64,000 nt of DNA from Deltaproteobacteria bacterium (GCA_026388625.1 JAPLJK010000023.1:28935-92934); one strand, 5' to 3'. Numbered from the stretch's first letter, positions 45,760-60,991 are shown. The notes: a model not told the origin generated them from the letters alone. Translations and numbers: made by a program.

Positions 45760-48324
45760 ATGTCTTTGAGGAAATATGTAGTAGTCCCCCCTACGGGGGG
45801 GCGCCTTGAGAGTCTGAGAGAAATAGCCGGCAACCTGTGGTTCTGCTGGAATACTGAAGCGGTGGAGTTGTTCGAATATCTCGACGAGCAACTTTGGCAG
45901 GATACCAACCACAATCCTCTCCAAACACTGGTTCGCCTATCCAGCCACAGGCTGCTTGAAATAAGCAAAGACGAAGGATACCTGGAACACGCGGAGCGTG
46001 TCCGACAGAAATTTCATGGCTACATGCAGCGGAAGCGATCATACGAATACAGGCTGGAAAGGCCGGTGGATTTTATCACCGCCTATTTTTCCTTGGAGTT
46101 CGGCCTGAGCGAATGCCTACCAATATACTCCGGCGGCCTCGGTGTTCTGGCCGGAGATCACCTGAAGTCATCAAGCGATCTAAACTTGCCTTTGGTGGCG
46201 ATAGGGCTCATGTACCAAGAAGGATATTTCCGACAAAGTCTGAGTAAGGATGGCTGGCAACAAGAATATTACCCTAGAACCGAGATCGACACACTCCCTT
46301 TGGAAAAACAGACGGATCAGGCAGGTGGTGCTCTCCTCGTCGACGTGAATCTCGCGGGAGAGATTGTCCGGAGTCGAATTCTCAAAGTCGACGTTGGACG
46401 TATTCCACTGTATTTGCTCGATACAGACATCCCGGAAAATCCGGAACGATTGAGGAGCATCACGGCCAGACTCTATGGTGGCGACGTGGAAATGAGAATG
46501 AGACAGGAGATCCTCCTGGGGGTGGGGGGCTGTAAAGTTCTCCGAGCTTTAGGAATTGAGCCGTCGGTGTACCACCTCAACGAAGGACATGCTGCGTTCA
46601 CGTTGCTGGAGAGGATGCGGTACTTCATGTCAGAAGAAGGTTTGTCCCTCGAAGAGGCTCGCGAAATGGTCACCAGCCAGAGCATTCTCACCATACATAC
46701 GCCCGTCCCTGCTGGAAACGATGTGTTTGAAAGGCCTCTGATGGAAAAATACTTCCTTAGCCTCGTTCGCGACCTAGACATGGACTTCGAAACCTTCCTG
46801 GGCCTAGGAAGAAAAAACCCGGAAAATCGCTCTGAGGGTTTCTGGATGCCAGTTCTAGGACTAAGATTGACTTCCAGGAGCAACGGCGTGAGCAAACTCC
46901 ACGGGAGAGTCACCCGGGAAATGTGGCACGAGGTATGGCCTAATGCAGACCGGGAAGACGTGCCTATCGTGCCTATCACCAACGGCGTCCACATTCCGTC
47001 TTACATATCACGTGACCTGGGTAAGCTCTATGACAGATACCTGGGGTCAGGATGGACCGAAGACCCGGACAATGAAAAAATATGGCAGCGAGCCGAGAAA
47101 ATCCCAGCCACCGAGTTGTGGCGCACACATGAACGATGCCGAACTAGGCTGGTTTATTATGCGCGCAGGAGCTTAGCCGACAAGCTGAGGGCTCGAAAGG
47201 CACCATTAGAGGAAATCGAGGCAGCCGACAATATGCTCAATCCAGAAGCGCTGACTATATGCTTCGGACGACGCTTTGCTACTTATAAACGGGCGACACT
47301 GCTTTTTCGGGAACCCGAGCGACTTGCGAGAATCCTGTCGCTTCCGGAGCGGCCAGTTCAACTAATCTTTGCAGGAAAAGCTCATCCCGCAGATGACACC
47401 GGTAAACAACTCATACGCAAAATAGTTGAGCTGAGTAAAAGAGATATTTTCCGCGGACGAATAGCGTTCTTGGAAGATTATGATCTGAACATAGCCCGGT
47501 ACATGGTGCAAGGAGCGGATGTGTGGCTCAACACCCCTCGGCGCCCACTTGAAGCTTGTGGCACCTCTGGAATGAAAGCTTCTGCAAACGGAGCAATAAA
47601 TCTCAGCGTTCTGGATGGATGGTGGGACGAAGGATACCAGGGAGACAACGGCTGGGCCATTGGTTGGGGCGAAGAATATGACAGTGCTGAATACCAAGAC
47701 GATATAGAGAGTCGAGCTTTATACGACTTGCTCGAGGAAAGCGTGGTACCGCTTTTTTTCGAAAGAGGCATTGACGATGTTCCCAGGGAATGGATCCGGA
47801 TGATGAAGAGGTCAATCCAGACGATCTGCCCGGTGTTCAATGCTCACAGGATGGTCTCCGATTACGTGGAAACATGTTATGTGTCTGCTGCAAGGGATTT
47901 CGAGGAACTTCGGTCAGGAAATTACGCCGGTCTGAAAAAAATGGTCGAATGGAAAAGGAAGATTCGCGAGGATTGGGGCAATATCGCCATACTTAGCGTT
48001 GAAATACGAGATGATTCTGACGCAATAAAGGGAAAAGACGTAGAGGTGGTCGTGCATGTGGACACCTCTGGCCACAGTCCTTCGGAAATCAAGGTAGAAC
48101 TCCTGCACGGTCCTATAGATCTATGGGGCAATTTCAAGGTCCGCCACACAACCCCCCTAACACCCGCCCCCCCCAAATTGGTATCAGAAACCTCTAACAC
48201 GGTCGTTTTCTCCGGACTCATACCCTTAAGCAACACTGGCCTTTATGGATACGTAGTTAGAATCACCCCGGAACATCCCAACCTGCCTTTCTCGGAGAGC
48301 TTTGACCTCGTGCACAAAGGATAG
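45760..48324 (+). CDS. glgP: Alpha-glucan phosphorylase (GT35, DUF3417-containing GlgP type)
   Basis: 854 aa, with GGLGVLAGDHLKS and the PLP-Lys motif EACGTSGMKASANG. Confidence 0.85.
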   Translation: MSLRKYVVVPPTGGRLESLREIAGNLWFCWNTEAVELFEYLDEQLWQDTNHNPLQTLVRLSSHRLLEISKDEGYLEHAERVRQKFHGYMQRKRSYEYRLERPVDFITAYFSLEFGLSECLPIYSGGLGVLAGDHLKSSSDLNLPLVAIGLMYQEGYFRQSLSKDGWQQEYYPRTEIDTLPLEKQTDQAGGALLVDVNLAGEIVRSRILKVDVGRIPLYLLDTDIPENPERLRSITARLYGGDVEMRMRQEILLGVGGCKVLRALGIEPSVYHLNEGHAAFTLLERMRYFMSEEGLSLEEAREMVTSQSILTIHTPVPAGNDVFERPLMEKYFLSLVRDLDMDFETFLGLGRKNPENRSEGFWMPVLGLRLTSRSNGVSKLHGRVTREMWHEVWPNADREDVPIVPITNGVHIPSYISRDLGKLYDRYLGSGWTEDPDNEKIWQRAEKIPATELWRTHERCRTRLVYYARRSLADKLRARKAPLEEIEAADNMLNPEALTICFGRRFATYKRATLLFREPERLARILSLPERPVQLIFAGKAHPADDTGKQLIRKIVELSKRDIFRGRIAFLEDYDLNIARYMVQGADVWLNTPRRPLEACGTSGMKASANGAINLSVLDGWWDEGYQGDNGWAIGWGEEYDSAEYQDDIESRALYDLLEESVVPLFFERGIDDVPREWIRMMKRSIQTICPVFNAHRMVSDYVETCYVSAARDFEELRSGNYAGLKKMVEWKRKIREDWGNIAILSVEIRDDSDAIKGKDVEVVVHVDTSGHSPSEIKVELLHGPIDLWGNFKVRHTTPLTPAPPKLVSETSNTVVFSGLIPLSNTGLYGYVVRITPEHPNLPFSESFDLVHKG

Positions 48325-48870
48325 TAACGCGCTTCACAAGGTGAACTTGTCACAGTTATTGACCGTGGGAGGCCCTTAAACTTCAGTCTACGACCACTGC
48401 ACGCGTCGATGCAGAGTCCACAGTTAGTGCAACTTAGATATGGAGCAAGTGTGCCAAGCCTGGTTTTGGGGGGTATGGCAACAAAAAGGCTGGTGATATC
48501 AAGATGAGGGTTTCTTAACGACGAATGTAGTGCCAAATAAAATGACCAAATCCTACAATAACAACAAGTTAACCGTTGTTAGTGTCGAAGTTGGGCTAAT
48601 GCGCCACCAGTTGCCTTCCTCTTGAAAACCTTTTAACAAACGCCGTTTTCCGGTATAATAATGTATGCGACATTATATTCTCGGAGCATCCCAGCCAATT
48701 CGGTCACCAGACCGGTGAGTTTGTAAAACGTGTCTCGTGTATGCCTCAATGGGCAAGGATAGTGAGGGCAGGGCGGATCAAAGACAGGCGAACTTGATCA
48801 CGTGGCCCGCTTCTGTTAGATTTCGCTGCATCGCTTTTGGACAAGATGGTCCAATCGGGGAATACCTGCA

Positions 48871-49908
48871 ATGTTTCTTGACTCGGTCTTCGGGCTTTTT
48901 TCCAACGACATGGCCATAGATCTGGGCACTGCCAACACCCTCGTGTACGTGCCCGGACAGGGAGTCGTACTGTCTGAGCCTTCCGTGGTGGCTATAAAGA
49001 CCGATCTGAGGCGAGGGCCCAGGATAGTTGCCGTAGGGACGGATGCCAAGAAAATGCTTGGGCGAACCCCTGATAACATCAAGGCAATACGTCCCATGAA
49101 GGACGGCGTAATAGCGGATTTCGAAGTGACAGAGGCTATGTTGAAGCACTTCATTTTCAAAATCCATCGCCGGAAGTTTCTCGTAAAGCCGCGGATAGTC
49201 GTATGTGTGCCTTCTGGAGTCACCCAAGTGGAGATGAGGGCGGTAAGGGAGGCGGCGGAAAGCGCGGGCGCTCGTCAAGTGTACATGGTGGAAGAGCCCA
49301 TTGCTGCGGCCTTGGGAGCGAACTTGCCCATTACTGAAGCGACAAGCAACATGATTGTCGATATCGGTGGAGGAACCACCGAGGTTGCTCTTATTTCAAT
49401 GTCGGATATTGTCTATTCTAAGTCGCTGAGGGTGGCCGGGGACAAAATTGATAGTTCAATCATACGTTACGTCAAGCAGAAATATAGTCTACTGATAGGA
49501 GAACGCACGGCAGAAATGATCAAGATGATGATTGGAAGCGCCTGCTATGAAAAGGAGGAATCGATAATCGAGGTAAAAGGGCGAGACCTTATTGCAGGGA
49601 TCCCCAAAGTCATAGCTTTACGTTCCAATGAAGTTGCAGGAGCCATCTCCGCACCTGTTCGGGCCATAGTCGAAACAATAAAAACGGCTTTGGAAATGTC
49701 CCCACCTGAACTGGCGGCAGATATAGTGGACAACGGTATAGTTTTGACGGGCGGCGGTTCACTGCTGAAGAATTTGGATGAGGTGATCCGGCGTGAGACC
49801 TGTTTGCCGGTAATCGTGACGGACGATCCGCTGTCTACTGTGGTCGTCGGATCCGGCGCTGTGTTCGAACACTTTGACTTACTGCGTGATATCCTGATCA
49901 AAGGATGA
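48871..49908 (+). CDS. mreB: Rod shape-determining protein MreB
   Basis: FGLFSNDMAIDLGTANTLVYV and actin-fold phosphate motifs (DIGGGTTE, VLTGGGSLL). Confidence 0.95.
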   Translation: MFLDSVFGLFSNDMAIDLGTANTLVYVPGQGVVLSEPSVVAIKTDLRRGPRIVAVGTDAKKMLGRTPDNIKAIRPMKDGVIADFEVTEAMLKHFIFKIHRRKFLVKPRIVVCVPSGVTQVEMRAVREAAESAGARQVYMVEEPIAAALGANLPITEATSNMIVDIGGGTTEVALISMSDIVYSKSLRVAGDKIDSSIIRYVKQKYSLLIGERTAEMIKMMIGSACYEKEESIIEVKGRDLIAGIPKVIALRSNEVAGAISAPVRAIVETIKTALEMSPPELAADIVDNGIVLTGGGSLLKNLDEVIRRETCLPVIVTDDPLSTVVVGSGAVFEHFDLLRDILIKG

Positions 49909-50091
49909 ACATTTGTCTCAATCATACGTAATTATGGGGGATTGGATCAAGAATCTGGACTGAACAATTGCAGGAAGAAGGGGCAAGAGATCCCAATGCA
50001 CGAACGGTCTAATTTGATCGGCGGTTGACTGACTCTTTGTTTGAAGACTTAGAAAACACACGTATCGGAATGTGATTGCCGATCCCCAAAA

Positions 50092-50967
50092 TTGATCAGC
50101 CTGATTCCTACGCGCAAGAATATGCCTCGCTCCATTCGTGATATTGTAATAATTATCGTTCTTCTCGGGAGCAGTCTTCTCCTGATATTCTCGTCTGCAA
50201 AAAGACCGGATACCTGGCTCGTAAGCGGGTTGCTCTACAGTCTGTTGCGTCCACTGGAACAAGGGGTTTTCGGACTTCACAAAGGTGTTGCGGACATTTG
50301 GGGGACTTACGTTGATCTGATTGGGGTCAAGAAGGAAAACATGGAACTGAAGGAGGAAGTTCGAAAGCTTAGGCGGGACAAGGCAACACTGTTGGCGAGA
50401 GAAAACGAGAATCAGCGTCTGAGAAAATTGCTTAACATCAAGGCAAGTCATGAGTTTCCTTCTCTGGTGGCTCAGGTAATAGGGGAGGACGCCTCGGGAT
50501 GGTATCGAACAATTTTTATTAATCGTGGATCCGAGGACGGTGTCCTTACAGGTATGTCTATCACTGCGCCGGAGGGGGTAGTCGGTAGAGTAATAAGGAT
50601 CTCGGCCGACATGTCCCAAGTCCTCCTAATTACCGACCCGAACCTATCCTTGGACTGCAGAGTCGTTCGAACACGGGACAGAGGCGTTTTGAAAGGATCT
50701 CTGGATCGCGGATGCATCCTACGGTACATAAACTTGAAATCCCAGTTAGAACCAGGTGACGAAGTGGTAACCTCTGGTCTTGACGGGATGTTTCCCCCTG
50801 GACTGGGCGTGGGAAAAATCAAGTCAGTTCGGATCGGTGACCAGGGGCTTTTCTTGGAAGCTAGTGTCACACCCGCGTCCGACCTCTCAGCCATCGAAGA
50901 AGTTCTGGTCATTCTGGCCTCGCGTGGGGGATTCGACATCCGCCCGAGCCTCGAGGAAAAACGTTGA
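50092..50967 (+). CDS. mreC: Rod shape-determining protein MreC
   Basis: The order is an N-terminal TM helix, a coiled coil (ENMELKEEVRKLRRDKATLLARENENQRL), then a beta-rich domain (VVGRVIRISADMSQVLLITD, VVTSGLDGMFPPGLGVGKI). The start is uncertain (TTG 50092 or ATG 50122). Confidence 0.85.
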   Translation: MISLIPTRKNMPRSIRDIVIIIVLLGSSLLLIFSSAKRPDTWLVSGLLYSLLRPLEQGVFGLHKGVADIWGTYVDLIGVKKENMELKEEVRKLRRDKATLLARENENQRLRKLLNIKASHEFPSLVAQVIGEDASGWYRTIFINRGSEDGVLTGMSITAPEGVVGRVIRISADMSQVLLITDPNLSLDCRVVRTRDRGVLKGSLDRGCILRYINLKSQLEPGDEVVTSGLDGMFPPGLGVGKIKSVRIGDQGLFLEASVTPASDLSAIEEVLVILASRGGFDIRPSLEEKR

Positions 50968-51464
50968 AGGAAATCGCCTTTGCTCTCACGGCCGGAATGG
51001 TAGCCTTGTTTCTTCAAACCACGTCTCTGGGATTTTTCTTTGCTGCTGAACACAAACCGGACTTGATGTTGATTCTTGTAGTTTGGGCAGGTCTCACAAT
51101 GAACCTGCCCACCGGCTTGGCCTTCGCTTTTATAGCCGGTATCCTTGCGGATTCTCTGTCCGGCTCTCCTACTGGGCTTTTTGCATTGATCTACTGCATA
51201 GTCTTTGTTTGCTGCAACTACGTGAACGCAAATTTTGATATGGATGCCTTGTCGGGGAGATTTATAGTCGTGTTCGTGGCGTCGGTTTTTGGTGCAGGTG
51301 TAGTGTTGCTTTTGAGATGGCCGATGGGTCCAATCGGGTTTGGACCTGTTGCAGCCGGATGGATTGCTGTGAAATCATTTGTTACGGGTTTGACTTCTAT
51401 CTTGTTGATCCCATCTATGGATCGATTGTGGGAGGGTTACTCGAGGCTGGTAGGATTGCGATGA
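50964..51464 (+). CDS. mreD: Rod shape-determining protein MreD
   Basis: This 166-aa polytopic membrane protein lies between mreC and mrdA, with 4-nt overlaps on both sides. Confidence 0.75.
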   Translation: MKEIAFALTAGMVALFLQTTSLGFFFAAEHKPDLMLILVVWAGLTMNLPTGLAFAFIAGILADSLSGSPTGLFALIYCIVFVCCNYVNANFDMDALSGRFIVVFVASVFGAGVVLLLRWPMGPIGFGPVAAGWIAVKSFVTGLTSILLIPSMDRLWEGYSRLVGLR

Positions 51465-53305
51465 CTTCTGAATTAGTCACCATGAGCAGTTCTCCGGATC
51501 AATTCGTCAATAGGATAAGAATTGCTACACTAATAGTGCTCGTTGTCCTGGGAACACTGACTGTCGGATTGTGGCGTTTACAATTGACTCAGGGGGATTC
51601 ATTTGAAGAAATGTCTCGCAGCAACAGGGTTCGGCTGGTGAGACTTCCTCCGTCTCGAGGACGGATTCTGGACTCAAGCGGGCTTGTCCTTGCCGAGAAT
51701 AAGCCCAGTTTCACATTCTCTATTCTTCACGGAGAATTAGAAAACCCACAGGATGTCATCCAAACCTGCTCACCCATTCTGGGAATCGCTCAGGAGAGGA
51801 TGCGCAGTCTCATAGAGCGTGGCAGAGCGGTTCCCAAGTTCATAAGCTATCCAATTAAAAAGAATGTGACTCTCGAAGAGGTTTCACTTATACAAGCTCG
51901 CTCTGCCGACCTGAAGGGTGTCGTTCTCGAAACCAAGCCATACAGGATCTATCCTTTCGGAGAGACTCTTTGTCACGTAGTCGGAACTCTGGGAGAGATA
52001 TCAGCCGATGAGTTGGCGAAAGGGGTAAAGGTCGGATATAGGCCTGGTGACCAAATTGGTAAGTCCGGCATAGAAAGAGAATACGAAAGCTATCTTAAGG
52101 GAGAAGAAGGGTGGGAACAGATTGAAATTGACGCAAAGGGACGACAACTTTCGGATCTTACCAGAAAGCCTGCCAGAACCGGCTCAGACATCATCCTAAC
52201 AGTAGACACTGCACTGCAAAGATATGTCGAGGAGATTTTTGTAGACAGAGCAGGGTCAGTTGTAGCCATTGACCCGGATACCGGACGAATAATTGCCATG
52301 CTCAGTAAGCCCGGTTTTGATTTAAACCTGTTTTCTCCGTCCATCTCAGAGCGTGAGTGGAAAAATCTCAACGGCGATCCGCTCCACCCATTTGAGAATA
52401 GATCCATAAGAGGCTTGTATTCGCCCGCCAGCACGTTCAAAATTATCACGGCTGCGGCCGCCCTAGCCGAACGAACGGTCAAGACCGACCAAAAGTTTAC
52501 TTGCAAGGGTGAATTCGAGTTAAGCGGGGTGGTCTTTCGTTGCTGGAATCATTACGGCCATGGCAAGATAGATCTCCATAGGGCAATTGTAGAGTCTTGC
52601 GACATCTATTTTTATGAGATCGGGCTTCGAACGGGAGCAGATCGCATGGCGCGCTGGGCCTCGCTCTTCGGCCTGGGAAAACCATCCGGCCTGGGGCTTC
52701 CTCAAGAATTGCCAGGCTTGATACCCACTTCAGCGTGGAAGATGCGCACTTACGGGGAGCCAATGAAAGAGGGAGAAACAGTAACAATTGCGATTGGTCA
52801 GGGATATGTACTGTCCACTCCACTTCAACTTGCCGTGATGACCGCCGCACTTGCGAATGGAGGCAAATTGATGAGGCCTGCCATTGTAAAACAGATACGG
52901 TCTTCAGAAGGAGATGTCATTTATGAACATTCGCCAATGGTGCGCTGGAACATTCCTCTTGAGCCGAAAGATATGGAAACATTGCGGTCTGCCATGCGGG
53001 ATGTAGTGCAGGACCGGCGAGGAACTGGGAAACGATGTCTGATTCCGGGCATTACGGTGCGGGCAAAAACAGGCACCTCCCAAGTGATAAGCACGAGACA
53101 GAATACTTTCGAGGGAGACCAGATTCCCTACCACGAGAGAACCCATGCCATGTTTGTGGCCTACGTAGATGATCGGCCACAAAAAATGGCCCTTGTAGTG
53201 ATCGTGGAGCACGGCGGGGGCGGCGGAGCCACTGCAGCTCCAATAGCCCGTAAAATAATTTCACGCTATTACGGTGTCGAGGCGACCCAAGATCCAATAG
53301 AATGA
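51461..53305 (+). CDS. mrdA: Penicillin-binding protein 2 (elongasome transpeptidase)
   Basis: An N-terminal TM helix, then the transpeptidase motifs SxxK (ASTFKI) and KTGT (AKTGTSQ). The ATG at 51461 overlaps the mreD stop (ATGA). The ORF-track start at 51317 lies inside mreD. Confidence 0.9.
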   Translation: MTSELVTMSSSPDQFVNRIRIATLIVLVVLGTLTVGLWRLQLTQGDSFEEMSRSNRVRLVRLPPSRGRILDSSGLVLAENKPSFTFSILHGELENPQDVIQTCSPILGIAQERMRSLIERGRAVPKFISYPIKKNVTLEEVSLIQARSADLKGVVLETKPYRIYPFGETLCHVVGTLGEISADELAKGVKVGYRPGDQIGKSGIEREYESYLKGEEGWEQIEIDAKGRQLSDLTRKPARTGSDIILTVDTALQRYVEEIFVDRAGSVVAIDPDTGRIIAMLSKPGFDLNLFSPSISEREWKNLNGDPLHPFENRSIRGLYSPASTFKIITAAAALAERTVKTDQKFTCKGEFELSGVVFRCWNHYGHGKIDLHRAIVESCDIYFYEIGLRTGADRMARWASLFGLGKPSGLGLPQELPGLIPTSAWKMRTYGEPMKEGETVTIAIGQGYVLSTPLQLAVMTAALANGGKLMRPAIVKQIRSSEGDVIYEHSPMVRWNIPLEPKDMETLRSAMRDVVQDRRGTGKRCLIPGITVRAKTGTSQVISTRQNTFEGDQIPYHERTHAMFVAYVDDRPQKMALVVIVEHGGGGGATAAPIARKIISRYYGVEATQDPIE

Positions 53306-53491
53306 TGACCTCCGACTCGTATCCGGACATGGGAGACAAGGAATAAGCTCGGTGTATGCCGATCCCACGGAGTGGACAAGCTGGAAAACATTGCACGACG
53401 TGGTGGCCGAGTAATCCTTCCGAATATTCATTTCCTAAGGTTTTCTGACGAGCAACTGTCGTGAAGTATTTGAGCGATTCGGACCGATGAC

Positions 53492-54619
53492 ATGTCTATA
53501 CCGGCATCCAACATCCATTGGGCCAACAGGGTTTTATTTGAATGGCCCCTTATTTTCATCAGCCTCGTGCTTGCAGGAATCGGTCTTTGCTTAATTTTCA
53601 GCGCCACCGCCCCTATGGGGCCTTCCGGCCGGTCCTTTGTCGTGAGGCAAATGACGTGGTTTAGTCTAGGCTTGGTTATAACGGCGATATTCTTACTTTT
53701 TGATTATCGTATCTTGGAACGCTGGGCAGTCTGGTTTTACGTATTTATCATTGTAGCGCTGGTTATCGTCTGGTCTCTTGGGAGGGTCACGGCCGGGTCA
53801 AGGCGATGGATAGACCTCGGACTGATGAGGTTTCAACCCTCTGAGTTTGCCAAGCTAGCCGTTGTAATTGTTTTGGCCAAATATTTTCAGGGCAGGGTGG
53901 GAAAGGCAGGTCTCAACTTCGCGGAGTTGCTCCAGCCATTCCTACTCGTGGTCATTCCTGTACTCTTGGTCTTGATCGAGCCGGACCTTGGAACGGCAAC
54001 CGTGATTGTAATGGTAGCCATATCGATGATCTTGTTCACCGGGGTGGCGGCTCGCACCCTTCTTTGGACATCCGGCTTGATACTTGTAACCCTCCCACTC
54101 TTGATTTGGGTCGGCAACCGACTTCTTCTTGAGTATCAAAAAAAGAGACTCCTGACTTTCTTGAGCCCGGATTACGATCCTTTAGGTGCAGGATATCATA
54201 TTATCCAATCGCAGATAGCAATTGGATCTGGAGGACTTCTTGGGAAAGGGTTTCTCAAGGGAACCCAAAATCAGTTCATGTTCCTGCCGGTCAAGCACAC
54301 AGACTTTATTTTTTCCATTCTGGCAGAGGAGTGGGGATTTGTCGGATGTGCTATAGTATTGCTTCTCTTCTGCGCCCTTCTTTTGCGTGGCTTCGCAATA
54401 GCGGGTAAGGCGCGGGACGATTTTGGCGCGCTGGTGGCGTTCGGATGTACCGCCGTTCTTTTCTGGCATGTTACGATTAATGTGGGCATGGTGATGGGGC
54501 TACTTCCAGTGGTAGGAGTGCCTTTGAGTTTTCTGAGTTATGGTGGGTCTTCGCTTTTATCCTCTTTTCTTGCGGTTTCAGTGTTGGTCAACGTGAGCAT
54601 GCGACGTTTTTACTACTGA
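53492..54619 (+). CDS. rodA: Peptidoglycan glycosyltransferase RodA (SEDS family)
   Basis: A polytopic protein with FQPSEFAKLAVVIVLA, EPDLGTA, LPVKHTDFIFS and GVPLSFLSYGGSS. Confidence 0.9.
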   Translation: MSIPASNIHWANRVLFEWPLIFISLVLAGIGLCLIFSATAPMGPSGRSFVVRQMTWFSLGLVITAIFLLFDYRILERWAVWFYVFIIVALVIVWSLGRVTAGSRRWIDLGLMRFQPSEFAKLAVVIVLAKYFQGRVGKAGLNFAELLQPFLLVVIPVLLVLIEPDLGTATVIVMVAISMILFTGVAARTLLWTSGLILVTLPLLIWVGNRLLLEYQKKRLLTFLSPDYDPLGAGYHIIQSQIAIGSGGLLGKGFLKGTQNQFMFLPVKHTDFIFSILAEEWGFVGCAIVLLLFCALLLRGFAIAGKARDDFGALVAFGCTAVLFWHVTINVGMVMGLLPVVGVPLSFLSYGGSSLLSSFLAVSVLVNVSMRRFYY

Positions 54620-54751
54620 AGGTGGTAAATTCTTAAAAGGGATCGAATAGATGGATTTCTGTCTTGAACCTTGAATTTGTCTATGCTATGGAAGAAGTGG
54701 CTGACCACGGCCGCATCCAGAAGAATCAGGCCCCGGAAAGGTGGAGGATAC

Positions 54752-55261
54752 ATGCTCCGATTTAGAAAGGCCAAGAGCGACACGGTGACCGGATTTCTCG
54801 GATCACAGACTGAATTTGCAGGCAAACTCTCTTTTTCGGGGGTAGTGCATCTGGACGGCACTTTCCAAGGCGAGATCATCAGTCGTGGAACATTGGTAGT
54901 TGGTAGCGAATCAATGATACACGCCGAGATTCATTCTAATGTCTTGAAAATAGCCGGAGAAGTTCACGGGAATCTTACCGCCACCGAAAAGATAGAGCTT
55001 TATCCGCCCGCCAAAGTTTACGGAAACATACGTACGCCGAGCCTCGTGGTAGAAGAAGGGGTTATTTTTGAGGGAACATGCAGCATGTCGTCTGTACAAG
55101 CGGAAATTCCTGCATTGGCCTGTGTTGATGACGCCCCCCCCAGAGATGATGAACCTCTCGAAGCCATTTCGGCGCAAGCGTGGCCTCCGACTTATGATGA
55201 CAGCCTCAATCTTGAGCGTCAGGAGACTGACGAGGCGTCTTTGCATAAAGACGGTCGCTAG
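54752..55261 (+). CDS. Bactofilin (DUF583) cytoskeletal protein
   Basis: The beta-helical repeat core is FAGKLSFSGVVHLDGTFQGEIISRGTLVVGSESMIHAEIHSNVLKIAGEVHGNLTATEKIELYPPAKVYGNIRTPSLVVEEGVIFEG. The ATG at 54752 is preceded by GGTGGAGGA. Confidence 0.8.
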   Translation: MLRFRKAKSDTVTGFLGSQTEFAGKLSFSGVVHLDGTFQGEIISRGTLVVGSESMIHAEIHSNVLKIAGEVHGNLTATEKIELYPPAKVYGNIRTPSLVVEEGVIFEGTCSMSSVQAEIPALACVDDAPPRDDEPLEAISAQAWPPTYDDSLNLERQETDEASLHKDGR

Positions 55262-55302
55262 CCCTTACCTGCCAGTCAAACCGACACTCCACCAAAAAGA
55301 TG

Positions 55303-55331
55303 TTGACACCTGTAGGGGTGGATGTTATCGT
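55303..55331 (+). promoter_or_regulatory. Candidate sigma-70 promoter of the atp operon
   Basis: TTGACA (55303-55308), a 17-nt spacer, then TATCGT (55326-55331). It lies about 140 nt upstream of the atpF' GTG. Confidence 0.35.
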
Positions 55332-55473
55332 ATCAGATCATTTTCAACTTAGGTCTCGCTTAATATCCTATTCAAAGAAAAATCAAGCTGTCGTGATTGA
55401 GTAGCCGGCACGCTCTTCAGTCGGGAGGAACTCCGGAGACTCGCAAAATTTCGCGAATCGGGAGATTACGCCA

Positions 55474-55902
55474 GTGATTCAACTAAACTTCACTCTGTTC
55501 ATTCAGATCGCGAACTTCGTGGTTCTGCTGCTGATTCTGAATGCCGTCCTGTACAAACCCATAATGGCCAAAATGCGGGATAGAGAAGCTCAGATAAAGA
55601 AAGACCGCGACAAGGCTCTGGAATTGGAAAAAAACGTCCAGGACCAGGAACAGCGACACCAAGAAGAATTGTCCAAGGCTAGACTAGACGCCTCGCAGGA
55701 AAAGGCTGTCCTGTTGGCGGATGCCAAGAAGGTTGAGGCGGATGTCCTGGAAAAGGCCCGCTCTGAGGCGGCACGGATAGTGGACGAGATGAAGGCCTCA
55801 ATTCATTTGGAGGCGACTGACGTTCGTAAGACCCTTAAGGAAGAGATGGCTCCCCTTGCCCTTTCGATTTCGGAAAAAATTCTGGGGAGGTCCATTCAAT
55901 GA
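55474..55902 (+). CDS. atpF2: F0F1 ATP synthase subunit b'
   Basis: 142 aa, with an N-terminal TM helix and a long charged helix. It is the first gene of the b'-b-delta-alpha-gamma-beta-epsilon series. The GTG start follows GGGAG. Confidence 0.8.
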   Translation: MIQLNFTLFIQIANFVVLLLILNAVLYKPIMAKMRDREAQIKKDRDKALELEKNVQDQEQRHQEELSKARLDASQEKAVLLADAKKVEADVLEKARSEAARIVDEMKASIHLEATDVRKTLKEEMAPLALSISEKILGRSIQ

Positions 55903-56470
55903 AACCTCGAAACGTCCTGCTCATATTATCCTTGCTGATACTAGTCCTTTTCGCGTCTTCTGCTCAGGCCGCTTCCGCAGAAGATTCCAGTCCATGGAAT
56001 CCGTGGATGCTCCTTTGGCGAGTAATCAACACCGTGGCACTTATTGCTCTCCTGGGCTACTTCCTGAAAAAACCGCTGGTCTCGTTTCTCTCTGAAAGAA
56101 AGGCCCAGATCGCCAGAGACCTTGAGGAGGCTAAGGAGCAGCTCGACAGGGCAGAGCGCATTATTGAAGAATACAAAGAAAAAATAGCGGGAATGGAAAA
56201 AGAATTAGAAGGGATGCGCACTGAATTAAAAAAATCGGCTGACGCTGAAACGGAAAAGGTTGTCGCCAATGCCGACCGAATGGCATTGACCGTGGTAGAA
56301 GCGGCCAAAGTTGCTGCTGAGCAAGAGCTTCGAAAAGCAAAGATCGCCTTGAAGAATGAGGCGGTGGAGATGGCTGTCCAATTGGCTGAGTCGCTCATCC
56401 GTGAGAAGATCAACGATGCAGATCGAAAGAGGATTGCTGAGGATTACCTTGTTAAGGTCGGGGGTATGAA

Positions 56471-56474
<4 letters not shown>
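55899..56474 (+). CDS. atpF: F0F1 ATP synthase subunit b
   Basis: 191 aa. A signal-like N-extension is followed by a TM helix and a charged coiled helix. The gene has a 4-nt overlap with its neighbours. Confidence 0.8.
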
Positions 56475-58542
<2,068 letters not shown>

Positions 58543-58614
58543 TGTGATGATGGTCTAGTGAAGAAGGTTTTGCAAAAGCCGGATCAGGAATGAGATTGTA
58601 ATACAGAGGTCGAT

Positions 58615-60991
<2,377 letters not shown>

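Noticed and set aside
49918-51053. 233-aa and 193-aa minus-strand ORFs opposite mreC/mreD
   Set aside because: They are antisense to a conserved mreBCD-mrdA-rodA operon and have no recognisable motifs.
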